A stretch of 63,687 bases of DNA, filler included, from Octopus bimaculoides (GCF_001194135.2; 7 parts of 6 records of this genome joined end to end with filler, not necessarily neighbours in it); one strand, 5' to 3'. Numbered from the whole stretch's first letter, positions 12,113 through 26,390 are shown. A program made the numbers and translations. The notes: generated by a model not told the origin, from the letters alone.

Positions 12113-12710
12113 NNNNNNNNNNNNNNNNNNNNNNNNNNNNNNNNNNNNNNNNNNNNNNNNNNNNNNNNNNNNNNNNNNNNNNNNNNNNNNNNNNNNNNNN
12201 NNNNNNNNNNNNNNNNNNNNNNNNNNNNNNNNNNNNNNNNNNNNNNNNNNNNNNNNNNNNNNNNNNNNNNNNNNNNNNNNNNNNNNNNNNNNNNNNNNNN
12301 NNNNNNNNNNNNNNNNNNNNNNNNNNNNNNNNNNNNNNNNNNNNNNNNNNNNNNNNNNNNNNNNNNNNNNNNNNNNNNNNNNNNNNNNNNNNNNNNNNNN
12401 NNNNNNNNNNNNNNNNNNNNNNNNNNNNNNNNNNNNNNNNNNNNNNNNNNNNNNNNNNNNNNNNNNNNNNNNNNNNNNNNNNNNNNNNNNNNNNNNNNNN
12501 NNNNNNNNNNNNNNNNNNNNNNNNNNNNNNNNNNNNNNNNNNNNNNNNNNNNNNNNNNNNNNNNNNNNNNNNNNNNNNNNNNNNNNNNNNNNNNNNNNNN
12601 NNNNNNNNNTTACATGGTTAAAGTATATATTTAAATTATGTCAGAAAAATGTAAGAAAAATGTTAGAAAAATGTTATAAAATCTTTTTGGTATATAAACA
12701 TTGTATTTTT

Positions 12711-12747
12711 AGAAATAACCGGTTTCGTGTTGTCTTTTCAAATTTCT
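12711..12747 (-). ncRNA. Decayed minimal hammerhead-like motif
   Basis: AGAAAU UUGAAAA GACAACAC GAAA CCGGUU AUUUCU: 6-bp stem I and palindromic AACCGGUU helix III, but the CUGANGA box has two changes. Confidence 0.3.
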
Positions 12748-14094
12748 CTACTTCATTGTGTCGTGTTCGTTCCAGTCTGAGAAAGAAGAGTTCTAGATAG
12801 GGGGAGGTAATTAGAGATTTCTTCCAGTATAGGGGAGATAATCGAAATCTAGGAGGTGGTAGAATTTGATTAATTTACCATGGTTTTGTTCTATATTTTT
12901 TCCCCTTTTTTTCTCAGTGGGGTGATGAATTTCCTTATTTAAATGTGTTATATATATATATATATCTACATATATACGTATATACACATATACATATACA
13001 TATATACATTCGTATATATATATATAAATATTTTTATACATACACGCGCACACATGCAGATACAGACATATACACATACACACATACACACATACACACA
13101 CACACACATGCTCTACTGTGAGAATTCTGGTGGAAACAGAAGACAAACGGTGCAATAAAATATTTTAAATCTTGCCATTACAGAATATGATTAAAATATC
13201 CGTAGCTTTCTAAACGTTCATTATTTAAATTAGTATATTCTTGTATGCATGCCAATACCAGTACTCTGGCTCTTAGAGACCGGCCTTTGATCTCTTCAAG
13301 GAGGTTATATAAACTTGAAATAGATAAAGAAGGGAAGGTGCATTTTTACATACACACGGCATCTTCTAAAATAAAGAATGTTAAGGATAGCATTCCGATT
13401 TAGAGTTTCATTTAATGCAAACACGACAGACATGACAGTTGGAAGGGAGGGTGCGAAGAAGACGAATATGAGAAGAGAAACAAATAAAAACCAGCGTATA
13501 AATGTTCTGCCATTCTGGAATTTGGTTGCCCAGCAGATGTTAATATCTCATTGAAAATCAGCGGAAAGGAAAACATTTACGGGCAGCTAGTTGAAGCAGA
13601 ACCTAAAGGTTTGCTGTCAGGATTACGTGTTCCCATTTATATGTATAATCAATGGTGCACTTGGTTACGTTGCCAAAGTTTTAGCAACAAATTTTTAAAT
13701 GTTAAGAGTTCTCGTAAAAGGAGCCAAAAATATAACTGGCAATTAACACGAATTCTTCAAATTGATCGCGCAATAAGGGCAATAAAATATGCATTTTTCT
13801 AAAGTTCAGCACCGAAATAAACTAGTCTTACTGTTTTTTTTTTTTTTAATAGTTCCAAAATTCCTGTGACGACAACTCTCAGTTCAGAAATGATTGGGTA
13901 CAGTACATATTTACGTGAATACACATCTACTTCTCTAACTGCATAAATACCCACATACATACATACTTATACTTGAATGTACTTGTATACGTGTATGTGT
14001 GTATACATGCATACATACATACATACATACATACATACATTCATACATACATACATACATACATACATCTGCATATTAATATATATACATATAA

Positions 14095-14280
14095 GAACGC
14101 TGCGAAATGCTTAGTGACATTTCGTCCGTCCTTACGTTCAGAGTTCAAATACTTCCGAGGTCGACTTCGTCTTTCAACCCTTTCAGGGTCGATGAAATAA
14201 ACACCAGTTAAGCACTGGGGTCAATGTATTCGACTTACCCTATCTCTCGAGGTTGCTGGCTGTGTTCAAATTTTGAAATC
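14095..14280 (+). mobile_element. Deu/Nin-like SINE, 5'-truncated
   Basis: GAGTTCAAATACTTCCGAGGTCGACTTCGTCTTTCAACCCTTTCAGGGTCGATG. Confidence 0.7.
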
Positions 14281-14866
14281 AATGTATATTTATATACACA
14301 CACGTGTATGTATATATATATATATATNNNNNNNNNNNNNNNNNNNNNNNNNNNNNNNNNNNNNNNNNNNNNNNNNNNNNNNNNNNNNNNNNNNNNNNNN
14401 NNNNNNNNNNNNNNNNNNNNNNNNNNNNNNNNNNNNNNNNNNNNNNNNNNNNNNNNNNNNNNNNNNNNNNNNNNNNNNNNNNNNNNNNNNNNNNNNNNNN
14501 NNNNNNNNNNNNNNNNNNNNNNNNNNNNNNNNNNNNNNNNNNNNNNNNNNNNNNNNNNNNNNNNNNNNNNNNNNNNNNNNNNNNNNNNNNNNNNNNNNNN
14601 NNNNNNNNNNNNNNNNNNNNNNNNNNNNNNNNNNNNNNNNNNNNNNNNNNNNNNNNNNNNNNNNNNNNNNNNNNNNNNNNNNNNNNNNNNNNNNNNNNNN
14701 NNNNNNNNNNNNNNNNNNNNNNNNNNNNNNNNNNNNNNNNNNNNNNNNNNNNNNNNNNNNNNNNNNNNNNNNNNNNNNNNNNNNNNNNNNNNNNNNNNNN
14801 NNNNNNNNNNNNNNNNNNNNNNNNNNNNNNNNNNNNNNNNNNNNNNNNNNNNNNNNNNNNNNNNNN

Positions 14867-15400
14867 AGTCAAGCAAATCCAGCCTAGCTCCCTCCGACGA
14901 TTTTTGAGCGAGAAATTATGAATGGAAAAAGTTGCAGCAAAATGTGTGCCTCGCTTGCTCACGGAAGATCAAAAGCAATCACGACCGAATGCGTGTTGTG
15001 AACTGAAAGAACGGCTGGCAGTTGATCGGGACCTTTTTTAGAAAGTCATCACTGGTGACGAAAGCTGGTGCTACTGCTACGACCCGGAAACGAAGTAGCA
15101 ATCAAGTTAATGGAAACATTTAATGTCACCACGCCCCCCAAAAGGGCGTCAAGTTAAGTCTAATGTCAAGGCGATGCTGATTTGTTTCATCGATGCGAAA
15201 GGAATTGTCCACAAAGAATTTGTTCCTTCTGGTCAAATTGTTAACTAGACATTTTACTTTGCAGTGCTGAAGCATCTGCGAGATGCGCTGAGACGAAAAT
15301 GCCCCGACCAGTGGCAAAGTGGAGAGTGGTGCCGCCTTCATCATGACAATGCGCCTGCGCACACCACCTTAAGTATCAAACCAAAAATGGCATGACCCCG
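14867..15400 (+). mobile_element. Mariner transposase pseudogene, central region
   Basis: KVAAKCVPRLLTEDQK, VITGDESWCYCYDPETK and HHDNAPAHT motifs; several in-frame stops. Confidence 0.92.
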
Positions 15401-15914
15401 TTTATCGTCTCTCCCTATTTGGACATATGACAGTTTAACATAATAGCAACGATATATATATATATATATATGCATGCTTGTATGTATGTATGTATGTATT
15501 TATGTATGTATGTATTATGTATGTATGTATGTATGTATGTATGTATATACATATATTTGTACGTCGTAACTTATACATGCCGAAGCTGATTCATTGATAT
15601 ATATATATATATATATATATATTTGCCTACACAGTTTACATGAAACATACATTCCTGAACAATGGAACGTTTAATATGTTCAACATGTGACTTGATTGTT
15701 TTAAGTTTTTGTCTTAAAATGAATGTTTCATACTTTTTTCTTTCTTTTTTTGTGGTAGGGATCGTTACGGTGAATAAATGTAAAAAAGAAAATATGAATA
15801 GAACTATCGAAGATAGTAATGGATGCTGTTTTGTATCACAGAAACATATATAAAACATTTATAGTCAGAATATATTTCTGGTAAACCCAAACCAAAATAA
15901 ATAAATAAATAGAT

Positions 15915-15970
<56 letters not shown>

Positions 15971-16198
15971 ATTAATTTATAGGATTGAGGTAACTCCTCC
16001 AGAAGGTATACAGAAGCAAAAAAGAAAAAAAGAAGAGTGCCATTGTTATCAAGTGAACGATATTTCGGTATCTAGTGTACCTTCCACGGGTTCAAAAATT
16101 GAACTTGTCAATCTACTTCATTTTTGGTAATATTTTATAGGATTGAGGTAACTCCTCTAGAAGCACACTAGATGCGAAATGTCGTAATAATAATAATA

Positions 16199-16271
<73 letters not shown>

Positions 16272-16729
16272 AGATGATGATAATCAATAATAATATGTTG
16301 AGATTAGCAAATAAATTCTTTAAAAATTGACGTCAAAATGCAGTAGGACAAATCAACGTTAGCAGTCAGCTGAATTTTGATTTAATCAAATTATATAGAG
16401 GTGTTTGCTACAGGAACCTACGTCAACATAGATAGGAAATGCAGGCTGTTTTGAACAAAGAACTCCCATTTGGAAGAATATGCATTGATTAGCTTCAGTC
16501 AGGTAAATATTTCGTTATTGAAAGAGATAAGAATTCCAATACAGCAAAATCTATCAACAATTGTTGCCTCGGAAGAAGCAATCTTCAGCTCTCTTGAAAT
16601 GAATATAAATTATACATTGCTTTCCAAAGAAACCTGATGAAGTAGCATAAAGACTAATCTAGAAGGGTACTCCTACAAATACAACAGTAGCGTAGAAAAG
16701 AATAGATATCGATAGCATTAATAAATATT

Positions 16730-16899
16730 GGTGAAATATGCTGCTACTGCTGCTGTTGTTATTGATAGCGGCGTCGGCGGTGGTGGCGCTGTTGTGTTGT
16801 TCTTGTTCTTGTTATTAGTGGTGGTGGTGGTGGTGGTGGTTATTGCTACTGTTCTTGTTTTTAGTGCTCATGGTGATTTTGCTGCAGCAGTTGATGTTA

Positions 16900-16931
<32 letters not shown>

Positions 16932-17390
16932 ATTGTTGTTATTGTTGTTGTTGTTGCTGCTGCTGTTTTTGTTGCTGTTATTATTGGTAGTGGTGAGGTG
17001 GGGTGGTAGTGATGGTTGATGGCTGCAGTGGTAGAGTTGTGTTCCTGTTGCTGTCGATGTTGGTGAAGATGGGAGCGCTGGTAGTATTGATAGTGATAAT
17101 GATGATGATGATGCTGTTGTTACTGATAGGGTCGTTCCTGCTTCTGTTGTTGTTGTTGTTGTTGTTGATGGTGGCGGGGGTGGTGGTGGTTGTGTAGTGG
17201 TGATAGTGGTAATGGTGATAATGGTAGTAATGGTGGTGGCGGCGGAATAGAGGCGTTGTTATTGTTGTCATTTTTGTTTGCGTAGGTGCTGGTGCTGTCT
17301 CTGTATTTGTTGTTCTCATTTTCAGTGATGGTTTCCCTGTTGTTGTTGTTATTGCTGTTGTTGTTTTTTACCGTTGTCGTGGCCGTCCAT
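16730..17390. repeat. Mosaic trinucleotide low-complexity tract (GTT/GTA/GGT/GAT/GCT)
   Basis: Directly visible; source of the poly-V/T/N/H ORFs. Confidence 0.85.
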
Positions 17391-18111
17391 TTTCTATAAG
17401 CTTTATAAAATTCACGACGTAGCTTACGTTGATTAAACTCCTGGTGATCTGGCTTCTTTTATGATATCTTCAAATATGTGGCAATAGAGTCTGGTTATCT
17501 AATCCAAGCACATGGGAGAAGATAAAATGAACATAAAAAAATACTAACAAAACACTGGCTAGTTACACGTTCCTCACACTGATCACAATGGTGAGTTATT
17601 TCTGCTTCTGGTACATACATATATTCAGCTTCAACCATGAAGAATGTTAAAGGTCTTAATCACTGACACAACGCTTCACTGTTGGTCGGCTGCAATCCAC
17701 CGACCTTACGGCCTATTGTCAGACACTATATCGGCTCGTCTGGTTGAGGTTTAATTGATAAGCTATATCAATATGAAATCAACTTAATACATATCTTTCA
17801 GCTATGAGTGAGATAACAAAACCAATGTACTATAATATTACAGAAGAAATTGGTTGGTTTGTAGATATAAACAACAAACTAATCGTAAATATCTGCAACT
17901 CTGAATTTAGATATTATTGAACGGGAAAATGACTGTATATTAACGATGGAGAATTAGATTTTGCAAGATATGGATTGAAATGCATATTTCAAATCTCTCT
18001 CTTGCAGTGCAAGAAAATTCGTAAAAAAGTTATTTTTTAATTCACTATTTATGTAGTTCTCTCTCCCTGTTCCTATGCGTCTGTGCATATTTCTGTCTGT
18101 CTCTCTCTCTC

Positions 18112-18148
<37 letters not shown>

Positions 18149-18694
18149 ATCTATTTATTTATAAAGAGACCAACAGAATAAGTACCAGATTTAACAAGAA
18201 ATAAATACTGGGATCGATTTTTCGATTTAAAACCCTTTATGGCGGTACCTCAGCATGGTCGCAGTCAAATGACTGAAACAAGTTAAAATATGTTGGTGAT
18301 ATATGAGGATTCAGTTATTCGATCTGCTCCTGAATTAACGTCCGAGTGGCTAAACATTTCACCGACATGTCTACACTTAAAATAATTCTTGTATTAAATC
18401 AGCGTGAAACAGTATGTGATAAAGCTTGTGCTTTTTAAACTACAGCTGCAAACCAACCGACAGACTTCTGTACAGTTTCCCTCTATCTAATTTTACTTAC
18501 AGTTCACAACATACTGCTTCACAACTTCCTACATCCTTCTTAAAGCGCTTAGATACCATTTTCTACGACAGTCCATTACCAAATCTATTGCTTTTCTTTC
18601 TTACTAGCATCACCAGTGAACACAAAATACAACCCATATCCACACCCAACAACATAAATACGCAGCACATACAGATTGCAAAAACACTCTTTTC

Positions 18695-18906
18695 TACTCT
18701 AGGCACAAGGCCCGAAACTTTGGGTGAGGGGTGGGGCAGTCGATTAGATCAACTCTAGTACGTAACTGGTACTTAATTTATCGACCTCCGAAAGAATGAA
18801 AGGCGAAGTCGACTTCGGCAGAATTTGAACTCAGAACGTAAAGACAGACGAAATACCGCTAAGCATTACGCCCGGCGTGCTAAAGTTTCTGCCAGCTCGC
18901 CGCCCT
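18695..18906 (-). mobile_element. Deu/Nin-like SINE, near full length
   Basis: TCTACTCTAGGCACAAGGCCCG...CTGCCAGCTCGCCGCC. Confidence 0.85.
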
Positions 18907-19029
18907 AGAATGCAACACTATTATAAGGTACAACATCTGTAACACAGAGATGACATTGCAAAGAAAGTAAAGTATACAGAGTTCCGTTAATGAGACGACG
19001 TTTGCAGATCAGAAAACAACAACAATAAT

Positions 19030-19360
19030 ATACGCACAATACTTTAGATCCCTCATGGACAATACTTGTGGATAATGTTTGGATAATATTTGGGGGCCAG
19101 TCTCTTGAAAACATGCTAAAGTACAAACAATACAAAACAAGTCAAAACAAGTTGTTAACAAATTGCATCAATAGACCAACTACAATATGGAACAAAATCA
19201 CAAAAAATGAAAGGCCACAATTATGTGGATGGTGGGCGCGGAGTAGATGCGGCACATTTTGCTGCCATAGAAAGCCGCAACGTCGACAATACTTATTACC
19301 ATACGAAAATCAACCTCCAGATACCCTGACATATTTACAACACTTAGGATTTTTGCTGTA
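19030..19360 (+). mobile_element. Degenerate Penelope-like endonuclease C-terminal fragment
   Basis: Frameshifted translation includes KGHNYVDGGRGVDAAHFAAIESRNVDN, similar to the EAAH region at 63440-63480. Confidence 0.45.
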
Positions 19361-20146
19361 GAAACGCAATGGGAACTCTGTCTTTACTGTTCAGCCCGGT
19401 CATGCAGAAGGGGTGCATATACGTAGATATAGCTGTGACAATATTAGTATCGAAAACTTTGCTGGATTACACACCACCAACAATAAATGCAGATGGACGA
19501 CGTCCGCGTTGTAACCACGTCTAGCTTGTTCACTGGCATGTAGGGATAGACTGCCTCACCCGACTACCTACATGTCATAGGACTTCCTGCCTACATGTCA
19601 TGGGACTGCTGTTTAGAAATGGGACTAAACAGCAGCAATAATAATATACTGCTGAAGATAAAAAGACCAAAGAGCGCTACTTGGTCCAAATAGCAGCTAG
19701 ATCTTCTTCGAATCAAACCCTACTGTGAAGAGGACACATTGGACAACCATGTGGTGTTTCATTGTTAGGAGCGGTTTTTTGCATTGTGTATGTCGTCTGT
19801 GGGTTTGGTCTGTCTACTCATTGTTATGATGTGTAGTGTACTGTTTTATTACGTTGTTTGTTGTTTGTTACTGGAACGCGGTTGATAAAGGGTTTGTGTA
19901 ATTAAATTAACCTATGTTTAAAGAACAACTATAACAAAAACTACAACTTACTACTGATAAGTACTGTTTTCTTTAGCCTGAAGTAAAAGAAGGTCAATGT
20001 ACGAGGCAGAAGTAGGTCACCCTATAGCAAAAACAAACATCTAAATCTTTGTGTAATTAGTTTACAATCGGTGTTCCCAAAATAGTGAACGTCATACTAA
20101 TAATAATGAATGCCCTATTCAAATGATATCTACATATGTAATATAT

Positions 20147-20193
<47 letters not shown>

Positions 20194-20194
20194 C

Positions 20195-20227
<33 letters not shown>

Positions 20228-20532
20228 NNNNNNNNNNNNNNNNNNNNNNNNNNNNNNNNNNNNNNNNNNNNNNNNNNNNNNNNNNNNNNNNNNNNNNNNN
20301 NNNNNNNNNNNNNNNNNNNNNNNNNNNNNNNNNNNNNNNNNNNNNNNNNNNNNNNNNNNNNNNNNNNNNNNNNNNNNNNNNNNNNNNNNNNNNNNNNNNN
20401 NNNNNNNNNNNNNNNNNNNNNNNNNNNNNNNNNNNNNNNNNNNNNNNNNNNNNNNNNNNNNNNNNNNNNNNNNNNNNNNNNNNNNNNNNNNNNNNNNNNN
20501 NNNNNNNNNNNNNNNNNNNNNNNNNNNNNNNN

Positions 20533-20583
<51 letters not shown>

Positions 20584-22299
20584 TAAAAATTTCTATTTGT
20601 TATGGAGCTAATATGGTGCCTTCACGTAGTCACTGTATCTACCAGCTAAAAATACTTGCCAAATCTCTCTCAAATGACACTTTATCGGCTAAATAATGGA
20701 TTTTTATTACTATGTAGTTCCTAATATGCAAAAAGAGCGGATGACCATGTCTGTTCGATCAATACTAATCAACAACAGCAACAACAACAACAACAATAGC
20801 AGCAACATAGAGATAAACTCAGGGCTGTCCTAAGCACCAATCCGTTTTCGATTTTCAATTTTAAGTTATTTCATTTCATTTCATTTATATCGCTGGTCTT
20901 TTTGATAAAGAATTCAAACATTGCAATTTTCCATTCCTTTTCCTCTATAAATCTGAGGCTTTGTGCCTATCAAAGAAATCAATTTTAGGATAGATCAATA
21001 TTAGAATAAAAGACAAACATACGAATTTGTATATATTGTAGACTGGTGAAACTTGCTTTGAAAGGTCTCACTGATTCAATATTTGTTTTACTGTCGTTTC
21101 ATTTATTTCTAAGCTTTACTTATGACTTGTGACTGTCTCACTTTTACTCAAATGACAATAGAAGCTGCGTCTTATTATGTAAGTCACTGGCTGGCTTCAT
21201 ATCAATTATTAGATCATATTTATTCATTTTCTCCAGAAATCAGTTTTATTTAAAAATCAACAACGCAGCTAGAGTTATAAAATTACAAATACATTGACTA
21301 AGAAACACTAAAAAGAGACTCTATAACGCTCTATAGAATACTATTAACCCATGTGGATCTACTAACTTTATTTACAGCAACAATAATCAACTACTGTAAA
21401 TAACATAGAGTTAAACTGTAGGATCAGAGGAAACTGTCGATGTACTGCATCGGCAATTAGCGAGTACAAACTGTTCAGTGGTGAAATAAATTGGTTTGCT
21501 TGTAAGAGGAAAAATCTAAAGTTTCGAACAGGATATGTCGTCAGAGATAGATATAAAATGTTTCCTGATGCTACTGATTAAACAGACTGGAAGTATTGAG
21601 AGAGAGTGAGGTGGAGAGAAAGACAGACAGACAGAGACAGAGAGATATACTCACATAGAGAGAAAGCCAGACAGAGACAGACAGACAGACAGACAGAGAA
21701 AGAAAGAGATAAAGCGAGATAGAGAGAAAGAAAGACAGAGAGAGAGAAACAGAAGAAGAGAGAAAAACAAAGACAGAGACGGGGAGCTAGATAAAGAGAG
21801 AAAAAAATATAGACAGACAGATAGATAGAGAGAGAAAGAGAGAGAGACAGACAGACAGACAAACAGACAGACAAACAGACAGACAAACAAACAGACAGAC
21901 AAACAAACAGACAGACAGACAGATAGAGTAAGAGAGAGAGGGGGAGGGGGAGGGAGAAAGTTGGAGAGAATAACAGATAGTAGAAAAGAGAGTAGTGATG
22001 AATAAGCGGGGTGGGGGAAATCAGAAGGTGAAACACGTGTAAGGGGAGAGCGGTCAACGAGATGAGGTNNNNNNNNNNNNNNNNNNNNNNNNNNNNNNNN
22101 NNNNNNNNNNNNNNNNNNNNNNNNNNNNNNNNNNNNNNNNNNNNNNNNNNNNNNNNNNNNNNNNNNNNNNATAAAAATAAGATAATCAGGAAGAACGCTT
22201 GCAAATCTGAATACCAGGAAAGACGCAGTTAAGGCCAAGAGAAGAGAAGAGAAAGATATTACGTATCAAATTGCAAGCATATTAAAGGGAGAGAATTCA

Positions 22300-22845
22300 C
22301 CTAGCACAATGGGAAAGCGTTGATTAAAGCCTGCAGGCGTGGGAATTTCTAAGATAAAGTTGGAACTGTTTTTCCATATTCTTGCAGGTAGTATGAAAAC
22401 AGGAATGTAAGGTTACACTATAAAGTAAGAAGTGGCCTAAGGAGTGGCCTAGTGAATTAATATATCCATTGATGTGTTTGAAAAGTTGTTTGGATGTCAA
22501 GAATGGCTCTGAATGTTACATGGAGAGCTCATTTAACCAACGAGCAGCTTTATCAAGATCTAGCCAACCTGATTGAGAAGTTTCAGCAGAGCAGACTGAG
22601 AATTGCTGGCCATTGCATCAAACACCCCGAAGCTATGTGTGAACTGGTTTTATGACAGTCAGTTGGAGAAAGAATTAGTTGTGGAAGATAACGTCTAACC
22701 TATGTGGACAACTTGCTTCAGTACAGTGGAGTGGCAAATGTTGATTAATTAAGAACATGCATGGGAGATCATGATGGATGGCCTGCTCATGTGAAATCAT
22801 TGAAGTGTCCATGAGGACAGCCAAGCTACACTAAACTAAACTGGA
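22300..22845 (+). mobile_element. RTE-group LINE 3' fragment
   Basis: RMALNVTWRAHLTNEQLYQDL..SRLRIAGHCIKHPE..LTYVDNLL; short (CTAAA)n tail. Confidence 0.8.
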
Positions 22846-22849
22846 TGTT

Positions 22850-23075
22850 ACTACGACGTCAAGAAACTCTCCTGTAAACCCTTCCCCAAAAGAGCCAGTT
22901 TCCCACAAATAGAGATTTGAAGAAGTGATACAATAAATAATGTTGCTAGGGGTACAGGTAAAGCGGTAAGTGACTTGAAATGAAGCTTGCTGGACCGTTT
23001 GTGAGTGCGTTGCTGGAAATAAAGAGAAACGTGTAGCGTGGAGAGCACGAATATTTGAACGCGTCATGTTGTTTA
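22850..23075 (-). mobile_element. Penelope-like GIY-YIG endonuclease fragment
   Basis: FTCTPSNIIYCITSSNLYLWETGSFGEGFTGEFLDV resembles the PLE consensus FTC-S-NVIYCI-C...YIGETGR-L--RF-EHL. Confidence 0.7.
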
Positions 23076-25014
23076 TTGTAAAGCAGATGAATTGTTCTGA
23101 CAAGATTGCATGAATTGTTGTTTCTTTTAAAAAAGAGGATGGGAAGATTGAGAAGGAAAGAGGTGTGAAGGTCAGTGGAAAGAAAATGAAAGTTGAAGAG
23201 AATTGCTCTTTTAGATGGCAGCGATGAGGGTTGAAAGGTGATAGAGAGAAAACTCAGCCGTATGTACATGTTTACACTCTCTCAATCAACGCCGTGCTCC
23301 ACCGACCTCAGGCCACTGACAGAAGCATAGATCACAAGCGAGCAAAAAAAGATAGTCTCTTTGCAGGCTCTCAACCATCTAGAAATAGCAGCCAACTATT
23401 CTTCAAATCAAACCCTACCGTCTTAAAAGTGGAGGGATATATCGTACAGGGTAATGCAGTTCTGGATGCTAACTACTTAGAAAATAGGATTGAGATAGAT
23501 AATACTGGAATACTTTTAATCATAGATATTCTCGATAAGAGCCAACTTAAACAACAAACGTGAGTTAGAGATGATGTTGTCGTCAAATATAAATATAACA
23601 CTCGGGTTATAGAACCCCAATTACTGTTTCATTAAGTTAAAGTCGACAATCATATTGTAGTTGTTTAGTTCTCAAGTTCACTCTGATTGAGTAGGTCGAC
23701 GATCAAAGTCGTTCATCTACTTCGTTGAATATGTTCTTTGTTTTTCTTTTGCTTTTTTTTTTATATTTTTAACGGTAGAATGTATTTAAAAGAAATTGGT
23801 TGCTATTTTTATCTGGCCGAATGATCCCGTAGGAGTGAGTCTTCCTTACTGGCTCACTTGCATAGGCTGGATAGTATAGACAAGTAGCTCACACAAAACA
23901 AAAGAAATACGCAAACACAAAGTGTATGTCAACGAACGAGCAATATAGATATCAGCATAATTTATTTTAATATGAATTCATTTAACGAAACGAAACAAAG
24001 ACATTGTTGAAAAAAATAATAGCTTAAATTAATTTGCATAACATTCAAAGCAATTAGTGACAATGCTTTGTCCGTATATCTCTCTCTCCCTCCCAATATA
24101 CTNNNNNNNNNNNNNNNNNNNNNNNNNNNNNNNNNNNNNNNNNNNNNNNNNNNNNNNNNNNNNNNNNNNNNNNNNNNNNNNNNNNNNNNNNNNNNNNNNN
24201 NNNNNNNNNNNNNNNNNNNNNNNNNNNNNNNNNNNNNNNNNNNNNNNNNNNNNNNNNNNNNNNNNNNNNNNNNNNNNNNNNNNNNNNNNNNNNNNNNNNN
24301 NNNNNNNNNNNNNNNNNNNNNNNNNNNNNNNNNNNNNNNNNNNNNNNNNNNNNNNNNNNNNNNNNNNNNNNNNNNNNNNNNNNNNNNNNNNNNNNNNNNN
24401 NNNNNNNNNNNNNNNNNNNNNNNNNNNNNNNNNNNNNNNNNNNNNNNNNNNNNNNNNNNNNNNNNNNNNNNNNNNNNNNNNNNNNNNNNNNNNNNNNNNN
24501 NNNNNNNNNNNNNNNNNNNNNNNNNNNNNNNNNNNNNNNNNNNNNNNNNNNNNNNNNNNNNNNATATATACATATAACAACATCGAGTAAGTATGCCATT
24601 TATTTAGCCTGTCAAAGATTGCTTTAATTCATTACCGTTCATTAGTTCATATGACTAGTTCTACATAAAGCAAGTCTGCGACCTGGTTTCTTCTTTTAAC
24701 AATTAATACAGCCAATAATAATACTACTGCTAAGGTATAAACGCTAGAATTTACGAATATTTCTTCTGTAACTATAATACTTTATGCGGATGTAACAGAG
24801 CATTGACACAAATTAGCTAGTATTAATAATTACGTGCCACATGTTCTTTTATATATATAAATTTCTTTTGTGTGCACTTCATTAAACATATAACTCTTAA
24901 GGAGTTCTAAAGAGAGAGATCTGTTTGATTAATGATCTCAAATTAAGCAGTATATCTAGAACAGCAGTCTCTATATCTTACTTAAGGTGGATATACTGTA
25001 AGAAAGCCAAATGA

Positions 25015-25330
25015 CTGGCATATACGTAGGTTAGGGTATTCGGTTCACAATCATAAGGTCGTGAGTTCAATTCCCGGCGACAAGTTGTGTCCTTGAGCAA
25101 GACACTTTATTTCACGTTGCTCCAGCCTACTCAGCTGGCAAAACTGAGTAGTACCTGTATTTCAAAGAGCCAGCCGTGTCGCATCTTGTGTCACGCTAAA
25201 GCCCTCTGAGAACCACGTTAAGGGTACACGTGTCTGTGGAGTGCTCAGTCACTTGCACATGAATTTCACGAGCAGGCTGTTCCATTTGTCGGATCAACTG
25301 GAACTCTCATCGTTGTAACCGACGGAGTGC
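25015..25330 (+). mobile_element. tRNA-derived CORE-type SINE
   Basis: GTGAGTTCAATTCCCGG, then GTTGTGTCCTTGAGCAAGACACTTTATTTCACGTTGCTCCAG. Confidence 0.75.
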
Positions 25331-25482
25331 AAGTTATTCAGAGCAAATGTTGCTTCTGTCACTAATTACGAATTTTTAATCAGCCCTCCAGCAATATGCG
25401 TCATCAATGGCTTATTAATCAGTGTTTTTCTCTACATCAGTAGCAGTGAAAGTTGTCTAAGCATGCGGTTGATAGTAGATAC

Positions 25483-25529
25483 TTGCTACTGATGACGCGC
25501 AAATGCGTAGAAATGCCGGAATCTAGCAA
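25483..25529 (+). ncRNA. Minimal type I hammerhead ribozyme-like motif
   Basis: UUGCUA CUGAUGA CGCGC AAAU GCGUA GAAA U GCCGGA A UC UAGCAA: perfect 6-bp stem I, intact core boxes, near-palindromic helix III, AUC site (cut after 25523); C-A mismatch at the base of stem II. Confidence 0.65.
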
Positions 25530-26109
25530 TTCCATTGCTGCTGCAGGACGCTTTTTGTCTGCTACTGATATTGCTGTGCTTCTTAGCTCTATACTTCTAT
25601 ACGAAATGCCTTCATAGGACGAATACCGCAGTATTATAGCTTTCTTACAGAGTAACCAAGATAAGTAAGATATCCAGATCCCTATTCTGAACAAATTAGT
25701 CTCTGCTTACGTGGTTAATGAAGAATTTTAAGCAGCATATCTGTTTATTAAGCTGACTGACTGAATCCTTTAGGCAGAAACAGATCGTACGGTGTTGTTT
25801 TTCATCTAGCACCAACACTTGGCTGCTTATCGCCTGTTGACATTTTTCATCTACAGCGTGAAGCTTCGTTTTTACCAGATGTTTAGAACCATTAATAGAA
25901 CTACCGTCATTAATTTTATAGCCATATAAGTTGAATGGAGCAATAGATCACTCAAAGTTGTCATACAAACAATATGCATGAATCAGGCCACAAGGAAAAT
26001 ATACGAGCCAAAAAAGACCCGAATTATAATGATCCAAAGCAGCCCAAGAAAAAACCCTAATATTAACTATTAACAATACGGAACATATATATTAAGATGA
26101 CTAGCAGTC

Positions 26110-26390
26110 GTTGGTAGAGAGTCAAACAGAACCTTAAGAGGTAATCGTTTGCATCTCTTATGTTCTGAGTTCAAATGTAGACCAAGTAGATTTTACCTTT
26201 CGTTTATTCAAGGTTAATAAAACAATTAGCAGACATGGACCGGATTTTTTATAATTGGTTTCTAATTTTGGCACAAGGCCAGCAAATTCGGGGAAGAGGG
26301 TAAGTTGATTAAATCGACCCCAGAGCTCAACTGGTACTTATTTTATCGATCCCGAAATTTATGAAAGGCAAAGTGGATCTCAGAAAATAT
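26110..26390. mobile_element. Two decayed Deu/Nin-like SINE pieces in opposite orientations
   Basis: Plus piece ~26110-26230, minus piece ~26260-26390. Confidence 0.55.

Noticed and set aside
16981-17319. Thr/His/Asn-rich minus ORF as another mucin exon
   Set aside because: Pure trinucleotide mosaic with no convincing splice sites.
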